This document shows, one piece after another, positions 12,555 through 24,004 of a stretch of 46,727 bases of DNA (its first letter is position 1; each line of letters begins with the position of its first letter). The stretch is from Raillietiella orientalis. Its lineage: Eukaryota. The notes beneath the pieces are model-generated. The model saw nothing but the letters and a program-made list of their open reading frames with translations. It made no database searches and had not been told where the DNA came from. The DNA is taken from contig JAYWIR010000108.1 of the NCBI GenBank assembly GCA_036172245.1, positions 124,001 through 170,727 of the forward strand, in the 5' to 3' direction. The translations under genes were made by a program, and so were the position numbers.

Positions 12555-14961
12555 ACCCGGATTTCGCCGGGGCGTTTATTATAAAACAAACATTTACAAA
12601 GACCTGCAGTGGCTGCACCATTGCTCCAGCGACGCACGAAGAAACAAAGAGTCTGCCGGGTCACCGGTACGCAGACCCGTAAGGTCCACCACGGCAGCAG
12701 GGGGAAGAACGAAAAACAAAAAACAAAACAAAAAAACAGAAAAGAAAAGTTGGGAGGGTAAGGGAACGGATCACAGTTGCTGGTGGGGCCGTTGCATCCT
12801 TTGCAGGAGGCCGGCAAGCTCCTTCTGTATTCCTGCATCCATGTGGGGCTATCGGGACGTTCTCCTCAGGAACTGGGAGGCTGGATGGATGGCACCCTGG
12901 TCGCGTGGTCCTCCCGTAGCCTTGCTCCAAGCGGTGACGATCCCGCGTAGGCAGCACAAAGCTGCTAACGAGGCTGCTGGTCGAAGGGCGTCGGCAACTA
13001 AGGGGGCTTTCAGTGCGTCCCTGGGGTTGCCGCAGGGTATTCCAATGGCCGCAGCAAAGCGAAATAAAAGTAGCCGAAGGGCAACACAATTTACTAGCAG
13101 GTGGGGGAAGGAGTCCCGTTCCCCACACCTGACGCAATTAGGGTCCACCGCTCCCCAGGTCCAGTTGTTTCGGCGGGCGTTGCAGGGGAGTCCACAGTGC
13201 TGCAACAGGAGAGCCGACTCCTACCATTTTAAGAGGAGGGCAGAAGTGTTCATAAGCACCGGGGGTTACTTCAGATGTTCAATGGGAACATCGATCAGCG
13301 CGTTCCAGCGCAGAAGTCCATTGGGAGGCGTACTCGGGGACGCAGCGTCTGTTAACTGGCCCGTCTTCCACTGTCCTATCTTCTTCTCCTTTCCGGAGAT
13401 TGTAACTGAAACCTCCCACTTCGCCGCAACATCGCTGTCCAGATCTTCTATCAGGGAGGGCAGCGCAGCAGCGAGAGGGGTTCTTCCTGTCCACGCTCTC
13501 TTCTTTGGATCCTCCAGGATCTCGCGGAGCGTGCAACTTCTGTAACCCCTAAACAGGAACCTTCGTTCCTGTTGGGAGCGTTGCATGCCGAACTGTCCCC
13601 ACGTTCGAACGGTTTCCTACAACCAGGCACTACCGTTCAAAGGGCGACAGGTGAGCAATCCTGGGTTTTTCCGATACAGCGCAACCACCCTCCGTAGCTG
13701 GAGTCCGCATCGGTTGACGCGGCGACGGAGTGCAAGAAACGACGTCAGTCCCGTCTTGCCGGTGGCTTGCTGGAGAAGGAGACGTGCAGGGTCGCACCAA
13801 CAGGTGCACCAAAACTCTGGAACGAGTGCCGACAATCGGAACTGGAGCGGAAGCTCTAGCCGCTCCAGCGGCAGGAGGCACAGACCACCATCCCGACGAG
13901 GAGCGCACAAGTCCTTTAAGCAAACTTGTGCCCTTTTGTTGCCCCAAAGGGCGATACAAAGGAGGTCCTTTGTCCGCTTTTTAATTCTCTCTGTGGGGGG
14001 GCAAACAAAAAGCAGGAAGCAGAGGAGAGGAGCCGCGAACGTGTTCCAAACCACGGCCCGTTCAGGCAGGAAAAAGCTGCCGCCTCGGAACGGGCCGATC
14101 GCCGTCTCTACGTATTGGAGGCAGCCGGACCACGCTTCCGCAGGGGAGTAGTCCCCCAACGGCACACCAAGGTACTTGAAGTACCTCACCGTTGGGATTT
14201 CCAAACGGACCCAGTCCTGCTGCCCTGCCCACGCCGCACCAACAGGCATTACGGACGACTTCGCCCTGTTCTCCGTAAGACCGGTTCCCCGATGCATCAG
14301 GTCGAAGAACGCTTCGACCGCCGCAGCCAAGGTGGACATAGAGAGCAGCAGCAGAATGTCGTCCGCGTATGCTGAAACGGCCTGCGTACTGGCACAGTCG
14401 TGCGGCAGCTGCGCCAGAGTTCCCCTGTACGCTCTCAGTACCAACTCAAAGTAGATACTGAAGAGGAAGGGGCTCAGGCTGTCTCCCTGCCGGATCCCAC
14501 GCCGCACCAGCACGCCGTGCATGGTCTGCCCGCTGAAAGTAACATTGATGAGCGCGTCGCGCCAGCAGAAGCGCAGATAGGCCACTAATGATGTCGGGAA
14601 GCTGAAGCGTTTCAGAAGCTCCAGAAGGAGATTCTGGTCGACGCAATCTAATGCTTTCCGCAAGTCGATTGCGACCGCAAGGTCTCCTCCCCCCACCCGA
14701 CCATCCAACCCCTTGCCGGCGCACGCACCGGAATTTTGACTGCGGATCAAGCTCCTTTGATGTTGGAGCTCTAGCCAGGTGGACGCGTAGAACAGGTTCG
14801 CCTCCATGCTTCTCCCAGGAGCAGCATATGTCTGTTCCGGGCTGTTGGAGATGTTGGCAACCCGCCCCAGACGCTCTGCCCAAACCTTTGCTAGCAACTT
14901 GGCGTCCGCATTCACTATTGTGATGGGACGCCAGCTGTTCATGCTCCTCAGATCTCCTCTT
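12555..14961 (-). mobile_element. 5'-truncated LINE: RT to 3' terminus; same subfamily as 4390-8760
   Basis: ORF 13617-14942 (441 aa) has WRPITIVNAD, DLRKALD, GIRQGDSLSP, AYADD and FKYLG. CVRCGERDSFPHLLVNC follows. AATAAA plus hairpin at 12580-12556. Confidence 0.94.
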
Positions 14962-17408
14962 CTTCACAAAAAAGGGGAGAAAAACAGAAAAACGCTCGGC
15001 GCGGCGAAGCCTCAGGCTACCGAGCCGACGGAAGCTCGCGAAGAAGGCGAACTTTCACCTAAACCTCGCAGCGAATTTTTCAAAGCAGGAGAGAGTGCGC
15101 CGAAAAGCAAGAAGCCTCCTGCTGTCGGCATTGCAATCGCGAAGCCTCCTATCGAGAACTCGGCAAGTGTCGAGGAATGCGGTCGCTCGCCCGATACGGG
15201 AAAATCGCGCCTGCGGGCAAAAAACTCCGTGACGCTTGAACCTACCGCGGCCAAGGTGCCCCGGGCACCGAGTAACGCGACGAAACAGCCGGCAAACCCG
15301 CTGCGCTCGCGCGCGGACGCAGCGCCGACTGCGGCCAAGGAAGAAACTGCTAGAGCGAGCACAACCGCTACAGCTGTGCCTCCAGCGGTCGCAAAGGCAC
15401 AGCGCGAATCCACCGATCTGAAAAAGGCAGCGCCTCTCGCGATCGCTAAGGGAGTCGCTTACGCCTGCGCGAAGGCAGCAGTTCAAGAGGCAGCCAAGGC
15501 AGAGCCTCTTACATCCGCGGACGCAGAGCCATCTAAGGATGGCGAAGATAACTGCGACGCGAAGGAAGACGGCTGGATGCAGGTGAGAAAAGGAATTAAA
15601 AAGAAACCATCGAGGTCCTCGCAGCTCTGTGTGAAGGTGAGTGGGCTAAAGAAACCCGCGAAACCATCCCCAAAAAAGATTGCGATCCTTTCCCCCTGTG
15701 CAGTCATCCTCTCGTGGATGGAGCAGAGAGCTGCTGCAGCGGCTAAAAGGACGAAAGTCCCAGCCGCAGTAGCAGAAAGCGCTAAAAAACAGGAAGCAAA
15801 TGATTTTCCCAATTCCGGGAAACAGAAGTAGCGCCTGGCAAGCGCTCGACTGCCGCATTCTGATCCAGAGTCCGACAGAAAGAGCACACAGAGCGACAAC
15901 CGCCCGAAACCGCGCAATCGCCTCCCGAAGACCCGCAAGGGCGTGGTTGCCGAAGAGGATCTGTTGCCGGGGAGCAAAGGGGAGGGGATCGACCTCACTT
16001 AGGAGCTACCGGCAAAGAGCAGGGAGGTTTTAAACGGATTTGTCCAGTCTCCAGGATCTGCCGATCTGTCTTGTGACCACTCGCCGGACAGGACAAGAAA
16101 CCTGTGCTCACCTTGCCAGCGTTAATGCGAGAAGTCGCCTCTCTTCGTCGGTTCAGCGTAGCCTGTTGGGACGTTAATGGGCTGCGCACGGACGGAAAGA
16201 AGCGCGGCGTGTCAGACACCCTGCGACATTTCGACTTGGCGATCCTTCAGGAGATCCATTACATCTCCGACACGGAGGTTGCCGTAATTGAACAGCGCGC
16301 GGTTGGCACCCTGTACGGGCGAGAAGGTTCTGCACAATCGTGCGGAGTCGAATTTCTCATTAATGGTAGTATAGCGGGAGCGGTGCGCAGCGTTCGATTG
16401 AACCAGAAAGGGAGAATAGGCCAACTTGTACTCAATTGGTCAGATTCAATCGACCTCGTAATGACGAACGTTTACGCGCCAAGGGGCTTTTATCGGCGCG
16501 CCGAATGAATTGAGTTCTTCGACGTGCTGGGGAGCAAGTAACTTAGGAACTCCGGAGCCAGAGTGGCGCATCTCGTCGCTGGGGACTTTAACGTCCACCT
16601 GCTTTCCAGCGAGACGTGGTCCCTGGCGAAACGGTCGCGGGTGGAAGAGGCATGCGCGTCGGTGCACACGCGTAACCCGGAAGCCGGCGAGCCTGGACTG
16701 GAAAGGTGCGTGGATCACGTCTACCTCGATGAACACCTACACTCACCAGTGAGAAGGAGAGCCAGGGTGCCGTCCACGTTATGCGACCATGATAGGCTGG
16801 AGTTCGAGCTACTATCCGCCGGGCAAGGGACCTCCGAACAACGGTTGGAGGATGCCGGCGGAATGGCTCAGTCATCTGGAGGCGGCGGAGCATCTTCGCC
16901 ACTTTCTTCGCGGCTTTGCCATCCAGCAGCTCGTAGACTAGGACCATCTTAAAAGATCAGTTCGCGAGTTTTGCGACCGGTTCCCCTGCACTTTCTACCG
17001 CGCGGCTTTGAGAAGGCGTGGCCAATAGCAAAGAATTTCTGCAAACGCGCACCTTTTCTAGACGTGCGGAAGTCCGGCACCTCGCAGAGTACAAGGCGAG
17101 GGCCGAGCGCCAGGTCTGGCAGTCTGAAACGGCTATTCTAATCGAAGACCAAACGGGAATGCACGACTAATGCCGAAGTACGGCGAACACTGAGGCGTAA
17201 CTTCTCCTTGCTCTACGCCAAATGCCAGACGGAGAGAATCCTCTCGGAACAGCTTCTGACAAGAAGTGAACAAGGCATCGGCGAGAAGGAACGCGCCCGT
17301 CTCTGCGAGTCCTTCTCGTTGGAGGAAGTTTCTTCCGCCATCGTAGTACTCAAGAGCCGGAATACGCCAGGTGAGCACGGGTTGCCCGCGAAGTTCTTTC
17401 AGAGCTTG
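14962..17408 (+). mobile_element. LINE fragment: ORF1 tail, AP endonuclease and linker
   Basis: K/A-rich tail to 15831; ACWDVNGL, ILQEIH, NVYAP (16104-16508); AGDFNV, VDHVYLD, CDH; ends at KSRNTPGEHGLPAKFFQ. Confidence 0.9.
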
Positions 17409-18030
17409 CTCATGTTCCGCCGCGTCCGGGAGCTTCAGCCAGTCCCCTGGGAGACGCCACGCTGAAGAGGGGGGGCCCCTGTCGCGCGGATGGATCTCGA
17501 GGACTAGCGGGCGATGGTCGGACAGCTCGCACGGTAACCAGCCGCGCCTGCCAACGGGAGGGCACAGGTGCTCGTCAAGAAACACGTGGTCGATGCTGTC
17601 TTCCATCCCCGGTGCACTGGCCAACAAATTACAGGTGTGCGCCGCCATGCACACCTTGTTGACCAGGTCACGCTCGGGATTCTCCCCATCTGGTTTCAGG
17701 CGAACGTTGAAATCGCCTGCAACCAGATGGGCATTCCTCACGTCTGCTTCGGTCAGCCAGTCTCGCCGGAGGGCGAGGAAAAACTCTTTCCTCGCGCTCC
17801 TGTTCATCAGGTCCTTGCCGCTTGGTGCGTACACGTTCGTGACGATCAGATCGATCGAGTCGGACCACCTGAGAGTCAGCTGGCCGGCACGACCGTGATC
17901 TTCGAACCGCACGCCCCGAGCCGCGGCCTCGACGGCTGGCCGAAGCCGGTAGGCGACCCCACAACATTTCGCTCTCCCACACCTGTACCATAGCCGCCCT
18001 CCGGAGATCCGTTCGATCTCTTGCGCTCGC
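17409..18030 (-). mobile_element. LINE AP-endonuclease fragment
   Basis: NVYAP, HLVAGDFNV, SIDHVFLD and SDHRP in ORF 17133-18032. Very similar to 5130-5740. Confidence 0.9.
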
Positions 18031-19401
18031 ACAGTGCAGACATGTTTCCGCGTCTATCCGCGCCAACGATCGGGCAACTTTGTGCCTGCGTTTTTGCTCG
18101 CACTTGTGTGTTCCTGTGCAATCTGCCAAGTAACATAGTGCAACATCGCCAGTACACAGGATAGTGTGGAGGAGCAAGCCACTGGATGCACATCAGCTGC
18201 ACTTGAAGTGGCCGCATCCTCCGTAATGGTTTACTCGCCCCCGGTGACGAGTTACGCCGCCGTTACCTCCCAAAGACCAGGACCCTGCGATGCGGAGTTC
18301 CAGGCATATGTGTCATCAGGATACATGCCTGCACTCCGTTATAAGGTCAGTGGGCCACTTAACGGGTGAATCGGTCGTGTGCTCAATGATGAGCTCGTCC
18401 GGATAGGCGTTCGCGAAGAGGAACTCCCTGCCATAATGCCTGCTGGCAGGATGGAATATACGAAGATTCGGTGCAAGAACGCAGCACTTGTGAAGCGCCT
18501 TCTCCATACGCCGTTGACCATCGATGGCAAGGAAGTCCTACCTACCGCGAGGGACGACTCTTTTGTCGATCAATTGTGCGACATCGAACCGGAAATCTCC
18601 GACCGCGATGTCGTAAGTGTGCTAACGAAGTTCGCCACCGTGCACGCTCTGGGGAGGAGGCCAAATCCTCTAAAGGATTTCCCCTCTGTCCACATTGGAC
18701 AAGCCTCCGCGCGGATCACCGTCGCGAACAGGCGTGTTGTGCCTGAGCAGCTGCAGGTGAACGGCACGGTCGTTCACCTGAGGTTCATAGGCCAGACTCA
18801 AGCGTGCGAGCAGTGCGGCAAAGAGGGGCATCGAATTAAAGAGTGCCCCTCTCCAAGATGCCGCTATTGCAAAGATTCCGGGCACGAAATCAAAAAGTGC
18901 CCGGTACTTGCAAGAAAAAGAGCCGCAGCGAAAATTTGTCGGGTTCAAGAGACCACTGCACGAAAAGTCGCAGCAGCAAATAAAAAACGTCGTCCGCAAA
19001 AACTCAAAAAAAACCACGAGCGATCCGCGGATGAAAGGAAAGCATCCCCGCCCGCAACGCCCCGAAAGGGGAAAGTCACGGCGGGGAAGCCAATTAAAAA
19101 GGGGCGCGAGGGTTTGACGCGTGCCGTGCCTTCCCTCTCTGATGAACTCCCAGGCACCTCTCCGAGCCAGGAACCAGGAAATCTCCGTAACACCCTGGAG
19201 TGAAAGGTAGGAAAACAGGTTGATCGCAACAGTGCGAAGACTTCTTGCGCCGTTCCGTTGTCCCTTCGGAGTTCCGGACAGCCCCACTGCAGCGCAGGCC
19301 CCACTGCAAAAGCTAGGAAAGCCGTAAAAAGCAGCGTCGCGACGAGCAAAAGCACGCTGCATGCAGTCGCCCCATCGCCGACTCGGCAGTTTTCCCCAAG
19401 T
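18031..19401 (+). mobile_element. LINE 5' fragment: 5' UTR + ORF1 (gag-like, two CCHC knuckles)
   Basis: ORF 18379-19203 has CEQCGKEGHRIKEC and CRYCKDSGHEIKKC. Homologous to 3522-4094. Confidence 0.88.
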
Positions 19402-21560
19402 CCCACGAGGGGTGGGGTAAATTTATTTTTCTAAAATTTTTCTATAAAAACATTCACACTACAATCTCATCCATACCATTAGCACTTTTTTTTTTACCAC
19501 TATGAAGTCCTTGGGTTCTCACAAGTTCTGCACTCATGGTGGGTTTCGTACTGTTTGGTCCCGGGCGTCGTCTTCTATCCTCTTCAGGATGAATCGGTAC
19601 GTCCAGGCTTGGATTTTCCCACAGTTTCTAATGCCGATTTCCCTCTTCAGGAGCCCTTGTAGGATCTCCATCGGTGGTGCGGCTCTTCTGGCTTTCCTCA
19701 TTTTCCACCACCGCACAAGTATGGCGGTGATGAAGAGGGCGATGGTCGTCCTCACCATGGGATTCTAACAGGGAACATTACCATTCCCCTGAAACATCCC
19801 GGCGAGGATCTCCATTACGGATCTGTTCGTAAGTCCGATGATCCTTCTCAGGATCAGCCAGACATGCAACAATGTGGGACACGTCAAGACGTGAAGTCTC
19901 GTGTCGATGTCTCCACATGCTGTGCAGTCTCGATCTTCCCTTCTTCCGGTGTAGTGCTGCAAACGGGACCCACTCTGGATTCCTCCATGATAAAACATCA
20001 GGAGGTCATCCTGGGTGCCCGGCGGAAGGTCACTCCTCCAGAGCGTCGTGCCAATCGCTAACAGGTTGATCCGGTCACTCCCGTAGAGATCGGCGGCTTC
20101 CTGGAGGGCACTGATATCAATGTGTTCTTCTTGAATTAGTCTTCGGAGGTTTGTTTTGATTACCCTGGACCACGCAAAGTCGTTGTGGTTGAACCACAAT
20201 TCGCGAGTCATGTGGGTAAACCTTCCTAACATCATCTCTATATACCTAAGTATACGAGTGTGATGTAGGTACCCTCCACGTTTCCAATCCTGGATTCGTT
20301 GAAGGGTAACTCTGGACCACTGGTGGATCCAGCTTCTCGTGTCCGGCGGGACAGGAAGCATCCAAGGGATCACCAGGATGGACTCGTCCTGCCAGAGTTC
20401 CCTACTTCTCGGCACGATCTTGATTTTGTGCTTTCGCACCAGCCGTTGCTTGCTCGTCCAGGTTGGGTCGATTTTTTTCCATACGCCTGCTCGGCCTAGC
20501 AGCGCAGTCATCAGGCCTTTCGAGTTGTTCAACAACAACGCGTAGGCCCTGTGCGCGGCATACGGCCAGTCATCCCAGTGAGTGGCAATGTCCAGGATGT
20601 GTCGCGTATCCATGATTTCTATGGAGTGTGCAAGCGACTTCATCCCGGAACCGCCTTCTTCCCTGGGACGACACAGGAGTTTTAGTCAGACTCTTGGGCG
20701 ATAGTGGCCGCACAGTGTTTTTCTCTGCAGCTTGTCGAACTCCCTCGTGGTTTCCTTGTTCATCCTCGCGAAGGCCGCCCGGAAGAGCACTTTTGGAAGG
20801 AGTACTCCGTTCCATATGTTGGCCTTTCGCTTCATTCCAAGGTCCGTTCGGGTCTACTTGGCTGCTTTCTTGGCCGTTTTACCTAGGATCTCGGTCCACA
20901 ATAGCTTCGACGCAGAGCCGTCGCCGATGTAGACTCCCAGTTACTTGGCCGTGTCCACCGTACGGAATCCACTACCCGTTAGAGTGGAGAGATCCAGTAT
21001 TCCGACGGGCAAAATCTGGCTCTTCTGGAAATTGATTTTTAAGCCCAAGCCCTGTTCCATCAGGGCCGCCACACCCAGAAACGCACGCTGATTTTTCTCT
21101 CCCTTGATGAAGGAGAGTAGATCATCGGCGTATGCCAGATGGGTAAGACGCTGGCTATCGATGGTAATCCCGCTTAGTCGTCCGCTCTTCTCGATAAAGG
21201 ACGACAACGCCTCCATATAGATGACGAACAGCATCGGACTTAGCGAGTCGCCCTGTCGGACTCCTCGTTCCATCCTGATTGCTGCCGTCTCCTGGCCGTT
21301 GATCTTGATCCGGCAGTACTGGTTCTGGAGTACCGCCCTCACGAAGTTGCTGAAGTGTTCCGGAAGCCCTAGCTTCTCCAGAACCTTCAGCAGCATCCCG
21401 TGGTCGATGGAGTCGAAGGCCTTCTCCATGTCAGTGAACACCAGCACCAGGTTCTCGCCGACGTATCGACTGAGTCCAACAGTGGCCTGGGCACACTTGA
21501 CATTGTCCGACATGTGTCGTCCTGGGACTGCACATGTCTGGACCGGAGACATTCCGGAGG
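19402..21560 (-). mobile_element. 5'-truncated L1-like LINE of a second, divergent family (RT to 3' end)
   Basis: FTDMEKAFDSIDH, RGVRQGDSLSPMLF, HLAYADDLL and GLKINFQKS (ORF 20941-21849). C-terminal CTACGDIDTRLHVLTC (19765-20643). Lower GC and a different C-terminal sequence. AATAAA plus hairpin at 19427-19402. Confidence 0.92.
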
Positions 21561-24004
21561 TCTCCTCCCTTCGAGAGGAGACCTCAGGAAACTTTGCAAC
21601 TGGCGTCCGATCACGATTGTGAACACGGACGCCAAGTTGATTGCCGGGCTGTGGGCTTCGCGATTGGGGCAGGTGTCCAATTTCATGATTAGCCCGGAGG
21701 AGAGTTACGCTGTTCCCGGGCGAAGTATGGAGGACAACCTCTTCTTCGCGAGCACATGGATGCCCGCGCAGAGGAGTAATAAAGAAGGTAAAGGGAAAAT
21801 TTGCAACCCTACTTTGGGGCCGCCAGTGGTACAGGGAAGGCACCCTCATGCGGGAAAGGGGGCCTTAGCGATCGCAGTCGACCTCCATAAGGCATTCGAC
21901 TGTGTTGACCAGGAACTCCTCTTGGAGCTCCTGGGTAGCATGGGCTTCCCACCCTCCTTGATTACCTACCTGCGCTCTTGCTGGCGGAACGCGATAGTCT
22001 CAATTTCTTTCAGTGGACAAAAGGTGTATGGCGTGCCGGTGCGGAGGGGCATAAGGCAGGGAGACAGCCTCAGCCCCCTGCTTTTTGGCACCTACGCGGA
22101 GTTGGTGCTGAAAGCGCACAGGGTGACTCTGGCCCCCTTGCCGAGCTCGTGCCCCGGCACGCCAGCCGTTGAGGCGTATGCCGACGATCTTCCGCTCCTC
22201 TTACCTATGTCCACCCCGGCGAAGGCAATCGGAGATTTCTTCGACCTGCTTATGCGTGGGGCCGGATTACAGGTTAACAGGGCGAAGTCGTCAGTGTTGC
22301 CAGTTGTAGCGACGTTGGCAGGGCAGCAGGACTGGGTCCGTCTGGGGATCCCCACGGTGAGGTGCATCAAGTACCTCGGTGTGCCGTTGGAGGATCTCTC
22401 CCCTGCGAAAGCGTGGTCCAGCTGCCTCCAGAAAGTCGAGACGGCGATCGGCCCGTTCCTGGAAGGCAAGTTTCACTTGCCGGAACGGGCCGCGGTTTGG
22501 AACGCCTTCGCGGCCCCCATCCTCCTCCCCTTGCTTTTTGTTTGCCCCTCTACCGTGGAATCCAAGAAGAGGACGAAGGACCTCCTCCGTATCGCCCTTT
22601 GGGGCAAGGGGAGGCCCCGAGTCCCTTTGAAGGACTTGTGCGCAACGCGTCGGGACGGCGGTCTCAGCATCCTGACGCTGGAGCGCGTGGAAATCCAGCT
22701 GCGATGGGGGACCCTCGCCATCGCAGCGAAGATGTGGAGCACCGCTTGGTGCATTCCGGACCGCCTCCTGGCCAGGCGTGTGAATCGCTGCGAAGGACTC
22801 GCATCGTTTCTTCTGTGGCCTGGCCGGAAGATTCAAAGATGCGGTCTAATGCTCGGCCGCATGGCAACCCTGGAAAAGGAGAACGACTGGATGGTTTGTG
22901 GCCCTGCCAACTCCTCCGCTTGGCTGGAAGAGACTGCTGGCACCTGGGCTAAGCAGAATTAGAGATGCGAAGACCGGATGAACTGCCTGCGAGTCGGCTT
23001 ATACGCCCGCCGCACTCTCCGTGAAATTCTTGAATTTCCACCGAGTTGCACGTGGGCGGAAGGCACACCCCTTCTTACGGCGATGCCCTTCCTCCCAAGG
23101 GCGCTTCACGAAAGCCGCAAGCCAAGGTGGCAAGCCTGCTGCCGTATCGCAGGCAGAGAGAACATGATGAGCGCCTGGACCATGGGAGAGTTGACAGATG
23201 CAACGACCCCTAGTCTCCAGCCGCGTGGATTAAGAAGATGGAACGAGCTGCTCGGCATTCGATTGGATGACCTGAAGTGGCCCCCGGTTCTAATTGGATC
23301 CAGGATTCTCCTCCTGAAGTGGCAAGAATCGGCGCTTCTGTGGCTGCATTGGGGTCTACCGTGCAACGCGCGCCGCTTCGACTGGACGCGGGGAAGAGTG
23401 AATCCTGCGTGTGCCAGGTGTGGGGAGCGGGAGTCGCTCCCCCACCTCTTAGTTGAATGCCCTGCCGTCCGGATTCTTTGGGATCGTCTGAAAACGGCCC
23501 TGCGGATAACGGATGGTGGCAATGTTGAATGTATCTTCAGTCTTGTCTTCGTGCGGGAAGCCCTCAGTCCAGCCGCAGCCCTGGCAGCACTTTGCTGCAT
23601 TCGTGGTATCGTGGCGGCCTGGAGTGATGCCGAAGATGAAGACTGCATCGTGAGGGACGTCATCGAGTATGCTTCTAACTTCCTGCAGAGAGCTACCCAA
23701 TGGCCCCACCTAGGAAAGCTGAAAATGGAACTAGAATGCATCCTGCAAAGGATGGGCGCTCCCATCAGTTTTCTGTGATCCCTTCCCGGCTCTCCAAACT
23801 TTTTTTTTTTTTGTGGTTTGTTTTTCTCTTTTAGTTTATTTTTGTTTTTTCCCCCATCCCCCTCCACTGCCGAGGAGAGCCACACCGGGCTGCGTCCCGG
23901 TGTCCCGGCAGTTCCGGCATTCCGTGGCCGTCAGTGGGGCCTTGTACCACGTTCTGTATTGACCGTTGAAATGTTTTTCAATAAACGTCCCGGCGTATCC
24001 GGGT
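21561..24004 (+). mobile_element. 5'-truncated LINE: RT to 3' terminus
   Basis: ORF to 22962 (NWRPITIVNTD, DLHKAFD, GIRQGDSLSP, AYADD, IKYLG) and 22978-23778 (CARCGERESLPHLLVEC). AATAAA plus hairpin at 23980-24003. Confidence 0.94.
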
